The notes below the pieces were generated by a model that saw nothing but the letters and a program-made list of their open reading frames with translations, made no database searches and was not told where the DNA came from. Source: Eremomyces bilateralis CBS 781.70 (taxonomy: Eukaryota). From it: DNA of 44,869 nt. The first letter of the stretch is position 1, and each line of letters begins with the position of its first letter. Of this stretch, positions 32,312-44,869 are shown piece after piece. The position numbers and the translations under genes were made by a program. The stretch is from assembly GCA_010015585.1 (NCBI GenBank), contig ML975168.1; one strand, given 5' to 3'.

Positions 32312-33780
32312 ATGTCGCAACAAGGAAACCAATCTGACGCAGGACCGGACGACCCTAGGGTCCCAACCGACTTGCCACCCGGCTGGGTCGCGCAATTTGA
32401 ACCTACGTACGCCAATTGCCCCTCCGTAACTCAAGAGTGTTTAAGTTATCTGGCCTTCATTCCTGGCCATAACTGACTCCAAATACCTCCACAGCAAACG
32501 AGAATACTACTACGTCCAAATAAGCACTAGAGCGTCAACTTGGGAGCATCCGGGACATTCGAATTCACAATCAAGTACCCCCGCACAATCTACAGATCCA
32601 TATCCGCAACCGCAAGAAGGCATGTCGGCGAATCCAGGCAGTGAAGGGGGTGGAACCCGTGGAGCAGGTGACGATCATGGTCAAGATCGCGGACTCGGCG
32701 TAAGTTATCCAACATTCCGTATCTGCCTAAAAAGCTGGGAAACTGACCGCTGTCTCTCCACCGCAGGGTATGGCAGCCAACATGCTCCTAGGCGGCAACA
32801 AGCACGGAAATAGTGGCCATGGATCTTCTCCACTGGGTAATATTGCTGGTTCCCTCCTTGGCAGTGGCTCCCATGGGAATTCACACGGCGGCGGCTCTCA
32901 CGGATCAGGTCACGGCGGTAGCGGTGGTCTAGTCGGAAACCTCGCCGGCTCGCTCCTCGGTGGAGGAAAGCAGTCACATGGCCAGCAAAGCGGTCAGGGC
33001 CAGCACGGCTCTTCGGGTCACAGCTCAAGTGGAGGGATCGGTGGTCTTGTCGGCGGTCTGTTAGGTGGCCATGGGAACAAACAACATGGCCAGCAGAACT
33101 ACGGGTATTCCAACGCCGGAAGCGGGTCGAACTACAGCGGAACAGCGCCACCTGCGCAATACAACCCTACCGGACCGGGCGCTTCAGGCAGCGGCTACGG
33201 CGGATCCAATCAGCACGGACAAGGTGGACAACACAGCGGACAGCATGGCGGACAGCATGGTGGCTATGGCCAGCAACAGCATTACGGTGCGCAGTCTAGC
33301 GGCCCAGGAGGCCCAGGAGGCTATTCACCTGCGCCGGCGCAGGCATACGGCGGAGCGTCCCAACACGACCAGTATTCTGGACATCAGCAGCATGGTCAGG
33401 GAGCTCAGGGAGGTCAGGGAGGTCAGTACGGCGCTCCCCCAGGCCAATACGGAGGCCCACCTCCCGGGCAACACAACCAAAGTTACGGTGGAGCTCCGCA
33501 GCATCATGATCAGCATGGACACGGTGGACAATATGATGCTCCGTCTCAAGGAGGGCAGTACGGCGGCCCTGCGCCAGGCGGTCAGTATGGAGCTCCTCAA
33601 GGCGGTCAATACGGTGCTCCTCAAGGCGGTCAGTACGGTGCTCCACCTCACGGAGGCCAACACGGAGGTCAACACGGTGGCCCGCCACAAGGGCAATACG
33701 GAGGGCCTCCACAAGGCGGCCAGTACGGAGGGCCACCCCAGGGCGGACAGTACGGTGGACACCCCCCACCGCAGTGGTAA
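32312..33780 (+). CDS. WW-domain protein with a Gly-zipper-like region and a G/Q/H/Y/P-rich prion-like C-terminus; exons 32312-32406, 32495-32699, 32767-33780 (437 aa)
   Basis: LPPGWVAQFEPT-KREYYYVQISTRASTWEHP (WW domain) joined across intron 1, DRGLGGMA, repeated GNLAGSLLG, and C-terminal GGQYG[AG]P[PQ]Q repeats. Confidence 0.85.
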
Positions 33781-34074
33781 TGAGTTGCAAGTTCGATTAC
33801 GCAGCCACGGATGCACAATGTCGGGTTGATACGCTCATATGCTGCTTTGAGAATGAGCCGAGCGAGCGCATAGAAATCGAGTGATATGATGGGTACTGTA
33901 GCGGATATCGATGCATACATGAGAGGGATATTGCTTTATGAGGAATGATGTCTCTTTTCCGCTTATGTGAAGGCCGCCAGGGCGACCTATTCTCTAACCT
34001 ATTTTTTAACCTGTTACATACTTCCTAGCCCTAGAGACGCCTGTGCAAGTGCAATTGCAAAATCGTACTCATTG

Positions 34075-34894
34075 CTACCTGCTGATGATCGTCCACCAAT
34101 TGTCTTTCTCATAACCACTCTCCAGTACCTTCCCGCCTGCTTCGACGGCTTCCTCTTCCAACTCGCCTTTCCTGTAGAGATGATAGTACCGATTAAACGT
34201 CTTCTCCGTCTCCTTTTCTCCCACATCCGCCTCGCCACTCCCTCTTCCCTGATCGCGACTCCGATCCTTCCGCTTCCTCGTAACCCATGGCACCATTACA
34301 TCCTGCTCATCCCCCTCCCCCCACCCCCTCCGACTACTCTCCTGCTCCAATGCCCACACCACAACCAACCCCCTCCCTCCCTCCCGCAAACAACTTAACA
34401 CACTCTCAATCGCCGCAACTCTCCTCTCCCTCGTCGAAAAATGATGCACCACCGCCACCGAGATCGCGAAATCGAACCGGCCGTCGGTATACGGTAGGCG
34501 CAGTCCGTCGGCGACGGAGACTTCCTGACGCGGGTAGTTCGACGCGGCGATGGCAGCGAGGTTGGCGGAGCGGTCGGAGGCGAGGATGAAGAGGGAGGGG
34601 TTGGAGGAGAGGTATTTTCCGTTGCCGCAGCCGACGTCGAGGCCGATGGAGCCGGGGGGGAGTGAGAGGAGGAAGGAGTGGGGGGTGGGCCAGGGCTGGG
34701 AGGGGTTAGTGGCTGTTTTGGAATTTTTATACTTAATAGAAAGATGATGGGAGGGTTTTGGGAAGGAAAAAACCGCGTGATAGTGCCGGAATACTCACTT
34801 TATATCTGGTTGATGAGAAGTGCTCGGCTATCTGTTCGTAGACATCATGGACATGCTCTTGCTCGTACGACTCGTCATTTTCACCCCCAGGCAT
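34075..34894 (-). CDS. TRM9: tRNA (carboxymethyluridine(34)-5-O)-methyltransferase; exons 34894-34799 and 34695-34075
   Basis: YEQEHVHDVYEQIAEHFSSTRYK/PWP, GLDVGCGNGKY, AVVHHFSTRERR, VWALEQ, QDVMVPW, RYYHLY and YEKDNWW. Confidence 0.93.
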
Positions 34895-35588
34895 ATCTCT
34901 TTATCTCGATGTGCTGAATTATATTTTGAAGCTGGGCAATAATGGATTGGTTCTGTTCAAAAGTGAGATCAACAGTGCAGCTGTTCAGGGTTTGGCCACA
35001 ACGGTACAAGTGTTGGACGTCATGACAAGAAAAATTATATATTAAGCATCGGAGTTACGTCGTGCCACTGGGTGTAAATTTCAGGTTATTAGAAGGCTTC
35101 AATTTCATGGCGTGAAGGTTAGATATAATTTTATATCGCATCAAACCTGAAAAGTTACCATAATATCAAAGTGCTGATATCAAGGGAACGACCGCACAGC
35201 CACAGCCAAACTACTACGTAAACATCATGAGATGACATTGGAAATTCAATAACCCTTTGGCTTTATCTCCGTAACCAAGCTTAATCCCTTCCTCAACCCA
35301 TTTAGCCGTACCAACTCAACCCTCGGAAGGACTACCGGCATCATTCAGAGGTCTTGATCACCATGCAACGGCTTGGATAGTGTCGAATTAGGAGTTGTAA
35401 GCATTCCTCGACATTAAAATGCGCTTCTAAAATGGAGACTTAGGCTTAGGGGCGGGGGGAATATAATATATGATATCTACGGCATCCAGTCCACATCTGT
35501 AACTGGCCAATATCCGTAAACAATAAACATCGCAGTTGATGACTCTTTCAAGGTTCCATAGTCTACCGACCAATGGCGCGATATCAAC

Positions 35589-38101
35589 TCAGAGTTCCTG
35601 GTTGAGCAGGCTAGAGTGTTGAAGGATGGGTTGAAGGAGAAGGGTCGAATTGTTCTGATCAGGATTGTTGTTGTCGGCCAAGTTCCGGTACTAGAAAACG
35701 AAATGATCAGCGTCAACATCCTCAATTCCTTCAAAGGGCAGCTCACCTTGAGTCCGAAATTCAACAACAGCGCCGCCGCCAACCCAAAACAAACCACCAT
35801 CGGCCCCCAAACCACATCCAAATCCTTCCCGCTCCGGTTATATATTAAGAGGCTTCGGTACTGATACACCGCCCATCCCCACACCCCCGCAAACACCGCA
35901 AGCAGCGTATATACGATCGCCAACGCCCTCGCAACCGTGTTGCTCTCTCCCGCCGCATTATACAACCCCAGCGACAAACTCGCCAGCAACACCGACACGT
36001 TCTGCCACTTAATAAACGTCCGCTGATTCGCGAGCCACACCTTCGCCTCCACCTGCACCGGCCCCTTGTCCTTCAACCACACCTCCGGCTGGCTGACGCC
36101 CGGGGGTAGTCGAGGCTGCTTTTCCCGCCGCCGCTGCCACCGCGCGTATTTGCTGGTCGAGAAGGACGGCACGAGGAAGTGCATGAATCGCCTGCCGTGG
36201 CCGTCGCCCGGTGCGCGGTCTTCGTCGTCGGAGTCGGCTTCGTCGATGGTGAAGGCGCGGTCGGGCCCGGCGTTCTCGGCGGCGGCGGCACGGGTCATTT
36301 GCGCGAGGCTGGTGTGGGATATGGCGGAGGAACTGGGGTGGACTTTGGTGGGGGTGGATTTCGGGATGGAGCTGGCGGGGGAGATGGTTCCGGGTTGGAA
36401 GGCGGAGGGGGACCGGCCGGGACCGAAGAGGCTGCCAATGGCGTGCTCGTTCTCGGCTTCGCGTTGGCGGCGTTTCAGGGCTTCGTGGAAGGCTTCCTGT
36501 GGGTCGCGGCGGATGTCGGTTTCGAGGGCGCTGAGCCAGAAGGGGAAGGTGTTGACATAGTCTTCAAAGAGGAGGGCGACGCCGTGGACGAATTTGGAGA
36601 AGCGGGGCGCGGATGTGACAAGATGGGAGTCCATGAGGTCGTTGAGCCATTCGTATTTTTGGCCGCCTTTGATCTTGATTTCGAGGACGGCGAAGGGGAA
36701 GCGGTCGATCTCGCCTTTTCGGATTTGGGAGAAGGGGTATTCCATTTGATTGGCATCGATGTCGCCTCGATGCCAGTCGCTGGGGTCGCGACAGGGCCGG
36801 TCATGGTCGATGGCGTCTTCGCGGATGAACGAGAGGTCGGTGTCGAGCGAGATGCGAATGCGGTGGTCGCCGGGGACCTCATATGCAGTACGGCTGTAGT
36901 TCGCGCGCAATACTGGTTGAAGGCTCTGTTCTTTGATGAACGACTGGATTTCTTCCACTGAGTGCTCCAACTGAGTAACCTGCTCCGAGTCGTCCCCAAC
37001 CCTTTGTTTCAACCTGTCAATGGATTTCTCCATGTGATACTCCCCTGAGATGAACGGTTGAACGTATTTCTCTTTGATGCGGAACCTTGTCTCCTCGCTG
37101 GTGTTGTTGTCTCGCATAATCTTCTTTTCCACGAATATATCGGGCTTATCCGCAAGATGTCCGTACCACCGCAGGCGGAGTGATGCTGGTCCATTCTCTT
37201 GGCTGATTTTTGACGAGTATAGCGAAAACTTGGGGTTATCAAAGTAGACGGAGGTGAGTGTTGGGTCATTTTTGGCCCCATCGGCGACTTTGGACGTCTG
37301 GGGATTGTAGATGAGGACTGGAAGACGCCGGAGGATGATCGTCTTAACTTCGAGGAGGTTGTCTGGGTGGACCCAAACTGCGATTGTTAGCCGAAGGACA
37401 GGACCTGCTATTAGAAAATACTTACATTTGTAGGACTGTGAGCTTTGCCCACCAACCTGCTCATCGGCGGATTGAACGCCTCCGGCCGCTTTCCCCTCCA
37501 GGCTCTCGCGAATGAACGAGTACAGGACCGACAAGTGATACAGCAGAGAAGAGTAGTCTTCTGTATAGAATGGAAGCGCAGAGAGCCGGACCTGTAAAAG
37601 GGGGCGGACGCGGTAGGATTGGCCTCTCTTCCGGTCATGTTTCTTCACGGCCTTCAAAAAGCCAGTATAGTTGATACGGGCATACTTCTCCAGCTCGCTG
37701 AGTTCGTTCGTGATTGAGTCTAACTCCTTCAAGACGTCTTCCAAGATATCCTTCCGCTCCTCTTCCGGTACCTTTCCTTTGTCCTCCCTGCCGGGTTCCG
37801 CGTGATGCTCTCCTTTCGAAACCCACCCTAGTGGGTAGAGGCGCTCTTCGCATTTGGCGGACCGGTCCTTGAGATTTTGAGAGATCTCAGTTGAGAAAGT
37901 ATTGACCTTCTCAAGTTGGACATTCACCAGCTCTTCAACGAAGTCTTCCTCATCTTGATCTGTCCACTTGCCGTCGTCCTCATTGTCCGAGCCGACGTCG
38001 GATCCGGGCTCTTTCAGCAGCTTCTTGAGCTTGTCGTAATCGATGTATTTGTCCTCCCATGGTTTATAGGTTTGGCTTCGAAGCTGACGACCGAACCTCA
38101 T
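35589..38101 (-). CDS. VTC2: Vacuolar transporter chaperone complex subunit, Vtc2/Vtc3-type (SPX + VTC + DUF202 TM); introns at 37425-37378 and ~35747-35691
   Basis: MRFG..YIDYDKLKKLLK and INYTGFLKAVKKHD (SPX); YKFWVHPDNLLEVKTIILRRLPVL, LRLRWYG, FPFAVLEIK and FSKFVHG; VEAKVWLANQRTFIKW. Confidence 0.9.
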
Positions 38102-39835
38102 CGTTGGCGATATTGGTGGCGGTCTTGGTATCAAAGCACGGTGTGGCAATTGAGAGAGATATGGATTATGGATTCATGTTGAGACAAAAGAAGCTCGCGC
38201 ATGCAGTCGCCGGGGGGTGTTACTGTGGGGGCTCCAATGAAGTCATGATACACGCCACGTGATGACCCCTGGTGGGATCTTAACGTGGCAGGCGTGGTCC
38301 CGAATCGAATCCATCTTTTTTCCCAGGTCGATCTCTATAATGGAGCACGCATTAAACCAAGCATCATGTATCTGAAGCCAACAGGTGGCTAAGAGGTGAA
38401 TTCGATCGCGATTCCGGATATCTGTCGTCCATTTACCCTCTCCGAACCTCGCACAGCTGTATAGTATAGATGGCGATGCGTTGCCATAACCTTTTCCTAC
38501 CATTTCACGCTAACTTTATTTATATGATTCTCTCGAGTCAAGCTATGTTCGTTCAGCGACATGCCCATCAGTCGATCAATTTAAAGTCTAGTGTCCCTGT
38601 CGTTTCTCGTATCGCCCATGCAAAGCCATCAGCCAAGTCAACTTCTCCTCATACCCCCTCCCGCAACCCGAAATAGGGTTGTCCTCAGTGCAGTGATAAA
38701 TGTTCCAAACCAGAGATACCAGAAAACTTACAAACAGCCCGAAAAATGACCAAATCGTTATGGAAACTACCGCAGTAACGCCCAAACCAAAACCCGCAAC
38801 CCTAGCAAGAGTCAAAGCCTGGATACATCGAAGAACACCAGGTAACCAGAAGTCACAAACCGCTGGTCTGACTACAGCTCCGAATAGCACGGCGCTTCAG
38901 GATCCAGCAGCGGCGGTTAAAAATAATGTGGCGATCGTATCGGCTGCCTTATGAGCAGCAGAAGTTACGCCTGGGCTCACTCGAAATGGTAGGTGTGTTG
39001 AGCTTCATATTCGTCACGAAAGTTAAGCCAACGACTAATGCCAACTTGAAGATACCCCCAAGCCAATCTCAGTAATGCCCGGAGAGCCGGTAAAGGTGAC
39101 GCAGACCTCGACAAAAGAGCCATCCTACTCTATACCCAAACACATCGAATCATGGGGCTTCTGAAGTGGATGTGCGAAGGGGTCCGACTTTTCAGCCATC
39201 AACCGCAGGGGACAGCGCAGCGGTGCATGTAAAGATGACCACGGCAGAGGCCCCCCTTCCGTCTCGAAAGATTCTCGCATCGGGTGCCAAAATGGGACAT
39301 CCGCAGCACGTACGACTGACATATCCACGCCGAGCTGGGAGTGTCGAACATGCGCGACGACAAAGTCATTTTGCGCAGTTACTCGCGGCCTGATGTCTGC
39401 TTAGACTGCTATACTAGGACTGAATATCGTAGCGATGGACACGCTTCGTCGAGTAATACATCATCGTACAATGTTCGCTCGGCGTATTTCCCAAGCTCAG
39501 GGTCACCATCAGGAGGGGTATCTGGTTCAGAGACTTCGAATGGTAATGGAGTGTTAAGCAGCGTCAAAACGTGTCCGCGATGTCTTGGAACCATGTACCA
39601 CGACTTATTGAACGAACATTGCTGATGCAACTCGCCTTCGGAACGGGACGAGCTGCCTGGGAATACTAAGATGATCTATGACGGTTGGTGACAGGCGACT
39701 TGAGCGGATGATAGACAGTCCTTACTATATTCGGTCTAGCGAAACAGTTCTCATGAGTATAGAGGAGCCACAGCGACAACATCGAACGAAATGGTATTAG
39801 CATTTTCAGGACATGACTACACTTAGATCTCCCGC

Positions 39836-41589
39836 TCACTTGTACAGGTGATAATCATGCGACTTACTGCCACACTTCTTGTCCGCATACCTCCTCCTCG
39901 CCGTCTGCAGGTCAAAGTTCCTCTTGAGCAGCTGCTTGTTCCAACGCTTCGCCAACCGCGCCGCCGGCGCCCCCCTGCGCGCGACCGTGGTAGTATTAAG
40001 GTTCAACCCCTCAAAGCTTATACTATACGTTCCGACCGCGGCAGCGATGCCCTTGGTGTTGACCTCGAACGCGTCCAGGGCAAGGTTGGTCACGTTGTCA
40101 CCCGCCTGGTGGTAATTGACGTCATATGGCACGCCGGCCTCGCCGCCGAACTGGGCAGCTTCCTCCTCCGTCTTGATGCCCTCTGCGCCGGTGAAGGTGC
40201 CTCCGCTGGCGATGCCGACGTCGAGGAACGGGCCATAGTCGGATCGGCCATCAAATTCGGTGGCGGTGAAGTTCAGGCCCTTCTTGGTGTAAAAGTCCTC
40301 GAAGAAATGCTCGAGCTCCGCGGACCCAGGCGGGCCGGTGAGGTTGAAGGTCGATCCGTCGCCGTCGTAGATGGCGTAGTAGTAGTTCGGGCTGGCAATC
40401 ATGTCGAAGTTGAGGTACGCCTTGATCTTGGCCGCCTCGGGTTCGGACAACGTCGCAACGTAGTAGGTGCTGCCGAGCAGGCCTTCTTCTTCACCGGACC
40501 ACCAGCCGAAGCGAACTGCATTCTTAGTCTTGAAGCGAGCAAGGTCTTTTGCGACTTCGAGGAGGCCGCAGATGCCGGAGCCGTCGTCGTTGATGCCGGG
40601 ACCCTCAGCAACCGAATCGCTATGAGCTCCGACTGCAAGGATGTTGTCCTGGTCACCACCCTTTGTTGTGGCAAGGACGTTATTACTTAATACGTGTCAG
40701 TGGAACCGATCGCGTTTTCGACTAGGGCTCGCTTACGTGAATGTTTCCTTGATGACACTGTAGGTGGAGAGCTCCCCAATAACTTCCGCGCCACCTTGGA
40801 TCTTCGCAATGACAGCAGCGCCGGCTTCCTGGGACAGGCCAACGGTCGGAACGTATGGTCTATCAGGACTAGGAACCCCCAGAGTTCCATTCAAATCCCC
40901 AGGGACATTGTTATAAATAACGGCCCCCACAGCGCCCGCGAGACCAGCGCTCACACTCTTCGCACCAAACTCGCATTCACCACGAGAGATGAGAGCGATT
41001 TTCCCCGAGAGCTCGGCGGGGTAATCAGACTATTTTCGTTAGAGTTCCACGGCATAAACAGATCCTGTGCTCGTGCAGGAAATGACCTACCGCTTCGCAG
41101 CCAAGGTTGTCCACAATCACGAGCGGCGAAGTAGCATTGCCTGATGGTGAGTAAGAGAAGATAGAGGTACTCTGTTTCTCTCCATCAAGGGTGAAGTTTG
41201 CGTCACCCGACTCTTGGATCAACGCTGACCAAGGCTGCAGTGTCACGTTGTAGTAGTTGAGCTTGCTCAATTCCTTGTACAGGAAGTCAACGGTATCGTT
41301 ATGGCCTTTCGAGCCAGCCAGTCGATTCCTCCCCTCCGTGGCGTACGCAAAGTCTTCGAGAGTCTGCGCGCAGTCAAGCAGGCTCTTCTCTTTCACGAGG
41401 TGCTGAAGTCCTTTCTGCTCAAATTGTTAAAAGGCTATGCCAATACTTGAGGAAGTTCATTCTCGAACATACCGATGAGGCCCACGGTTTCTTCCAGAAC
41501 TCGGCGTGAACATCAGCGCCTTCATTATCCACATCCTGTGCAAATGTAGCCGTCGCCGCGAGGGCGAGAATACCCAATTGACGAAACAT
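39836..41589 (-). CDS. Secreted/vacuolar M28 aminopeptidase with PA domain (aminopeptidase Y/LAP2-like), multi-exon
   Basis: Signal peptide MFRQLGILALAATATFA, NRLAGSKGHNDT, IALISRGECEFG, GAHSDSVAEGPGINDDGSG, WWSGEEEGLLGS, YLNFDMIASPN, FDGRSDYGPF and YHQAGD. Confidence 0.93.
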
Positions 41590-44077
41590 GTTGAATTGCA
41601 GTACGATATCGTTTGCTCTGGCGGCTCTCAATTGATACGATCGATGATAGAGAGTCAACGAAGCGCTGATACAGGCAGATCAGCACGCAATGGTGCGCAA
41701 TGGCAGCTCTTTATAGTTGCGGACAGCTCGAGCGTGGACCATCTTTGTCGGCTAATTATCATGGCAGGGTGATGATCGAGGACTAGGCAAGCATCGCAGT
41801 GAGATGCAGTTGAGCTCACGACGATCATTTCTCAAACCGCAGAACCATGGACGAACGGCCGCCTCCGAACTGACCGTTTGTCGGGGGATACTGCTGGACT
41901 TGGCTCACAGGGCCGACATTACTCGCGCCCCACGTCCATTAGGAACAATGATACCCAAGACGACATGGCATCTAATAATTTCTGCAAGGAAGCTGAATAA
42001 AATCGGCATGTCTGCCAAGAAATGTTAATCAAACTTTGGGGAAGGTAGGGAAATGAAGATACTCGCGACTAGGTGCGGCCCGCGAATCTGGGAAACAAAA
42101 GGAAGGTTTAGGGATCATCCTATAATACCACCACATAGCCAAGGGCCCAGCCAAGCAAACCGTTTATGGCGCGAAACCTGAACATCGGTAGAGAAGCTGT
42201 AGTGGATATTGACCAGACCATGACTGCGGGGGTCGGCTTATCGTTGAACAGGGCTGTAAATTCGCCGATTAGATACCTTCCTTATCGAAACAAGTCGAGG
42301 TGCGTCCGTTCAATTTCGATGGTGATGATGTGACTGGGACCTGGAATCAAGTACTCCGTCCCTATCACTTTCAAATTAGAGGGCTCTACAAGGAGCCATA
42401 AACTTGGTTGTCATGTGAAGAAGGTTCCGATGGAATCACACATATCGATCCTAGCCCGGTCCACCATGTATCCAAAACGATATAAGATCGCGCCTAGAAA
42501 TCAACCTCTGCTTGCGCTCCGGCGAATTCGATATATTGTGTATTGTGTAAACATTTGTGTTGGTGCAACGAAGTCGCGCAGAATGCTAGTTTCGTCGCCA
42601 GCTCGCCTGTTGTCGATGGTGAGTTTTATGCCCCTGGCATCGTGCACTGCGGATCTGCGCCTAATAGAGAAGGTGACCCTCAGCGTGCGCCACAGCCTTG
42701 CAAGGCCAGCCCTTGAGTGACGGGCTTGAGATATGCCGCCAAGGTGAGTTGACAGATGATAGGAGAATCGTGATAAAATGCGTGATCACTTTGTCGCACG
42801 CATTTAGGATATGCTGATGCACAAACCGGGGGTTCAGAGGTAGGGATTGACTCTGCACACAATCAGGGGTGATGTGTATTGCCTCTCTGTGACTTGCCAG
42901 AATGGGCGCAATCCACTGTTCCGGCGGTTCCAGGCTCAACTTCGATTAAGTAGGACAAGGGGGATGGAGATGGGGGATGGAGATGAGCACTGGGCACGCC
43001 ACATGCCTGTCTGGCATACCCCAAAGCTTCTTATGGGGCTAGATAAAGCTTGCACTGGTGTATATGACCAAGAAGATCATGATTGGATTCAAAATTTCAA
43101 AGTTTCAAGGCCAACTCAATGTGACTGGTGCACAGGACATCTGGGCTATATAATTCAGGGAGCTGGAGGTATGCACCTGCTTCTGAGTTTGTCGCCAATG
43201 TAGATGGCGTCATCTCGAACAGATATCATTACTGGCATGTTGCGACTTGCTCTATCCAGGTCGGACAACTGGGGTATCTTCACCGTGGCCTGGGAATAAG
43301 TAGGAGGAAATCGCTCAGGATAATCCATACACGATAGTCTCGATCAGGCGGAAAGGTTTGCTGATTCAGCTATGTGGTAAAAGGTCTAGAGCTGAGAAAT
43401 GGGGGACATAGTAGGAGCAGCACACACAAATTAGTTCGCAAATGGATAAAAACGCTGCCATAGGAAGCAGAAACGAGTACAAGCAGGTAAATATACGTGG
43501 ACACTGTACATCATCTCCAATTGACAAGTATCCATAGACACCTATTGGGATAATATTGCCATTATGGATTAAATATTTATTGAAGAGTTCAGATAAGTTC
43601 GTTGCAGACGAGACGTACAGCATGAAGTTGATGCTGAATTGCTGATTGAGGCCGGCACGTGACAATATCAGGAGCTTCCCTCATCACGTGCGGGTGAAGC
43701 TCATTTCACACCCCGCTGTGCTCCATTCACACCCGCCACCCCGCTCCATTCACACCCTACCTGGTCACATGACATACCAATCCCTTCGAATCTCTGACGC
43801 AGATTGGGATGGTCAAGTATATGATGCTTTATACGAGTCAAGCCGACCATTCTGCGTTCAAACTCTGTAATTCAATGTATCTAACCTTACAGAGGATCAC
43901 GGATGATCAAAAATGCTAACTTAGGTCCTCGTTTCACTCAAAAGAAGCTGGCGTAAGGCCGCTGATGCGCTCTTGGATGAGATCGCTGAACGACGTCTCC
44001 CCTGGTCGATAGTTCGCAAGTAACCTTCGTGCTTCTTCCGTAATTTCCTGCCCGTTCATCTGCAGCGGAGGGGCTGG

Positions 44078-44869
44078 CTAGGGCTGTGCTCCTCCGACCG
44101 ATCTTTGGTGTTGTAATGGTGTTGCACGTACCTGTTCGAAGGCAGACGGGAGTCGACGCGAAGAAGGGTCGTTTGGCCGGTCTCTTAGTCTAGGAGGAAG
44201 TCGTGCCATAGCTGGATCGCGTACTGTCGCGAAGGATCCGGGTAGTGGGAGTGTAGGTAACTTGTAAAACCAATAGGAGTCGATCATAGGAAGCTGGATT
44301 TGCGTATTTTGTGATAGACAACGTCGAATAGTTATGGAAGCAAGGAAGTCCAAGAGAAGTCTGATGTATGTGTGTGCGTGGAGACTAGTTCGAGTAATCT
44401 CCTGAGCGCTCTTCATCTCTTTGTTGACGCTCTTCATTTCTCTGTTGACGCTCTTCATTTCTCTGTTGACGCTCTTCATTTCTCTGTCGCCGCTCTTCAT
44501 CTCTCCGTCGACGTTCTTCAAGCCTGATTCGAATGATACTTCGATACATCTTCTTAAGCGCTTGCGGAGAAACATGTTGGATCACTTCCGGAGAGAAAAC
44601 GGCGCGATACTTCGGATTGACACGGATTGCAGAGTCCTCCATTGCGACAGTAGCCTCATGGTTTGTACGACGGATTGAATGCGTTAATTGATCGATGGTA
44701 TTCATTATATCGCCTCGTCGAAGCGTGATCCGTCGCTTAATAGTTGCATGAGAACTCTCGGCCCTCGATGTCGTACGATGCCCAAAGTTGCGATGCAGGT
44801 TTGTCCATGCAGCAGACCAGAGGTGTCGCGTATCGTAATGTTCGTGCCGGAAGTATTCGATGATATCTG
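44078..44869 (-). mobile_element. Mutator-like (MULE) transposase pseudogene, C-terminal part; continues beyond the window
   Basis: WSAAWTNLHRNFGHRTTSRAESSHATIK (catalytic Glu motif), VSPQALKK, SLGLPCFH, IDSYWF and SSRRLPSAFEQV. In-frame TAG at 44385-44387 and a frameshift near 44334. Confidence 0.82.
44407..44520. repeat. 21-bp tandem repeat, about 5.4 copies, inside the MULE transposase frame
   Basis: Unit CGCTCTTCATTTCTCTGTTGA at 44407, 44428, 44449, 44470 and 44491; encodes (QQRNEER)n in the transposase frame. Confidence 0.92.

Noticed and set aside
35477..38149. The 890-aa ORF as a single-exon VTC protein with insertions and a long C-tail
   Set aside because: It reads through a stop-free 48-nt intron (37425-37378) and into a 3' intron. 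The spliced model restores YKFWVH and ends at 35589. The same applies to the 72-nt intron (26048-25977) in the sugar transporter.
22189..40690. Long antisense or overlapping ORFs over PMT2, the MFS transporter, the WW gene, VTC and the aminopeptidase (e.g. 23049-23831, 26080-26778, 36179-36961, 39848-40690)
   Set aside because: These are expected shadow ORFs of GC-rich, codon-biased genes and show no independent motifs.
42400..43660. Several short ORFs left of the MULE element, and similar ones at 7900-9050
   Set aside because: No recognisable domains or supported splice structure.
44407..44520. The 21-bp repeats (and the 12-bp repeats at 31476-31540) as a CRISPR-like array
   Set aside because: They are head-to-tail tandem units with no spacers, in a eukaryotic context with no cas genes.
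44078..44575. The 165-aa ORF with (NREMKSV)n as an independent coiled-coil gene
   Set aside because: It is the shifted frame of the MULE pseudogene. Only its 3' part, after the frameshift near 44334, carries transposase-like motifs.

Overview
Eukaryotic DNA from a filamentous ascomycete fungus (Pezizomycotina), judged from short GT-AG introns with CTAAC/CTGAC branch points and fungal gene families. Conserved housekeeping genes are the 3' end of GLT1 glutamate synthase, PMT2, an MFS sugar transporter, a WW/Gly-Gln-rich protein, TRM9, a VTC2/3 subunit and an M28 aminopeptidase. Between GLT1 and PMT2 lies a ~21 kb accessory stretch. It holds an intronless bacterial-type PEP synthase convergent with an LDH-fold gene whose catalytic Arg109 and His195 equivalents are both replaced. 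It also holds a HeLo-like/ankyrin gene with one premature stop, a Nudix gene plus an inverted relic of a paralog, and a TauD dioxygenase whose first intron starts GA instead of GT. Mobile-element traces there are four solo LTRs from two families (each with a perfect 5-bp TSD), a probable LINE/SINE 3' end, and an F-box pseudogene split by one of the LTRs. A HET-domain gene sits head-to-head with the WW/prion-like gene, and a decayed Mutator-like transposase runs off the right edge. All calls come from manual reading and motif recognition; no database searches were run.
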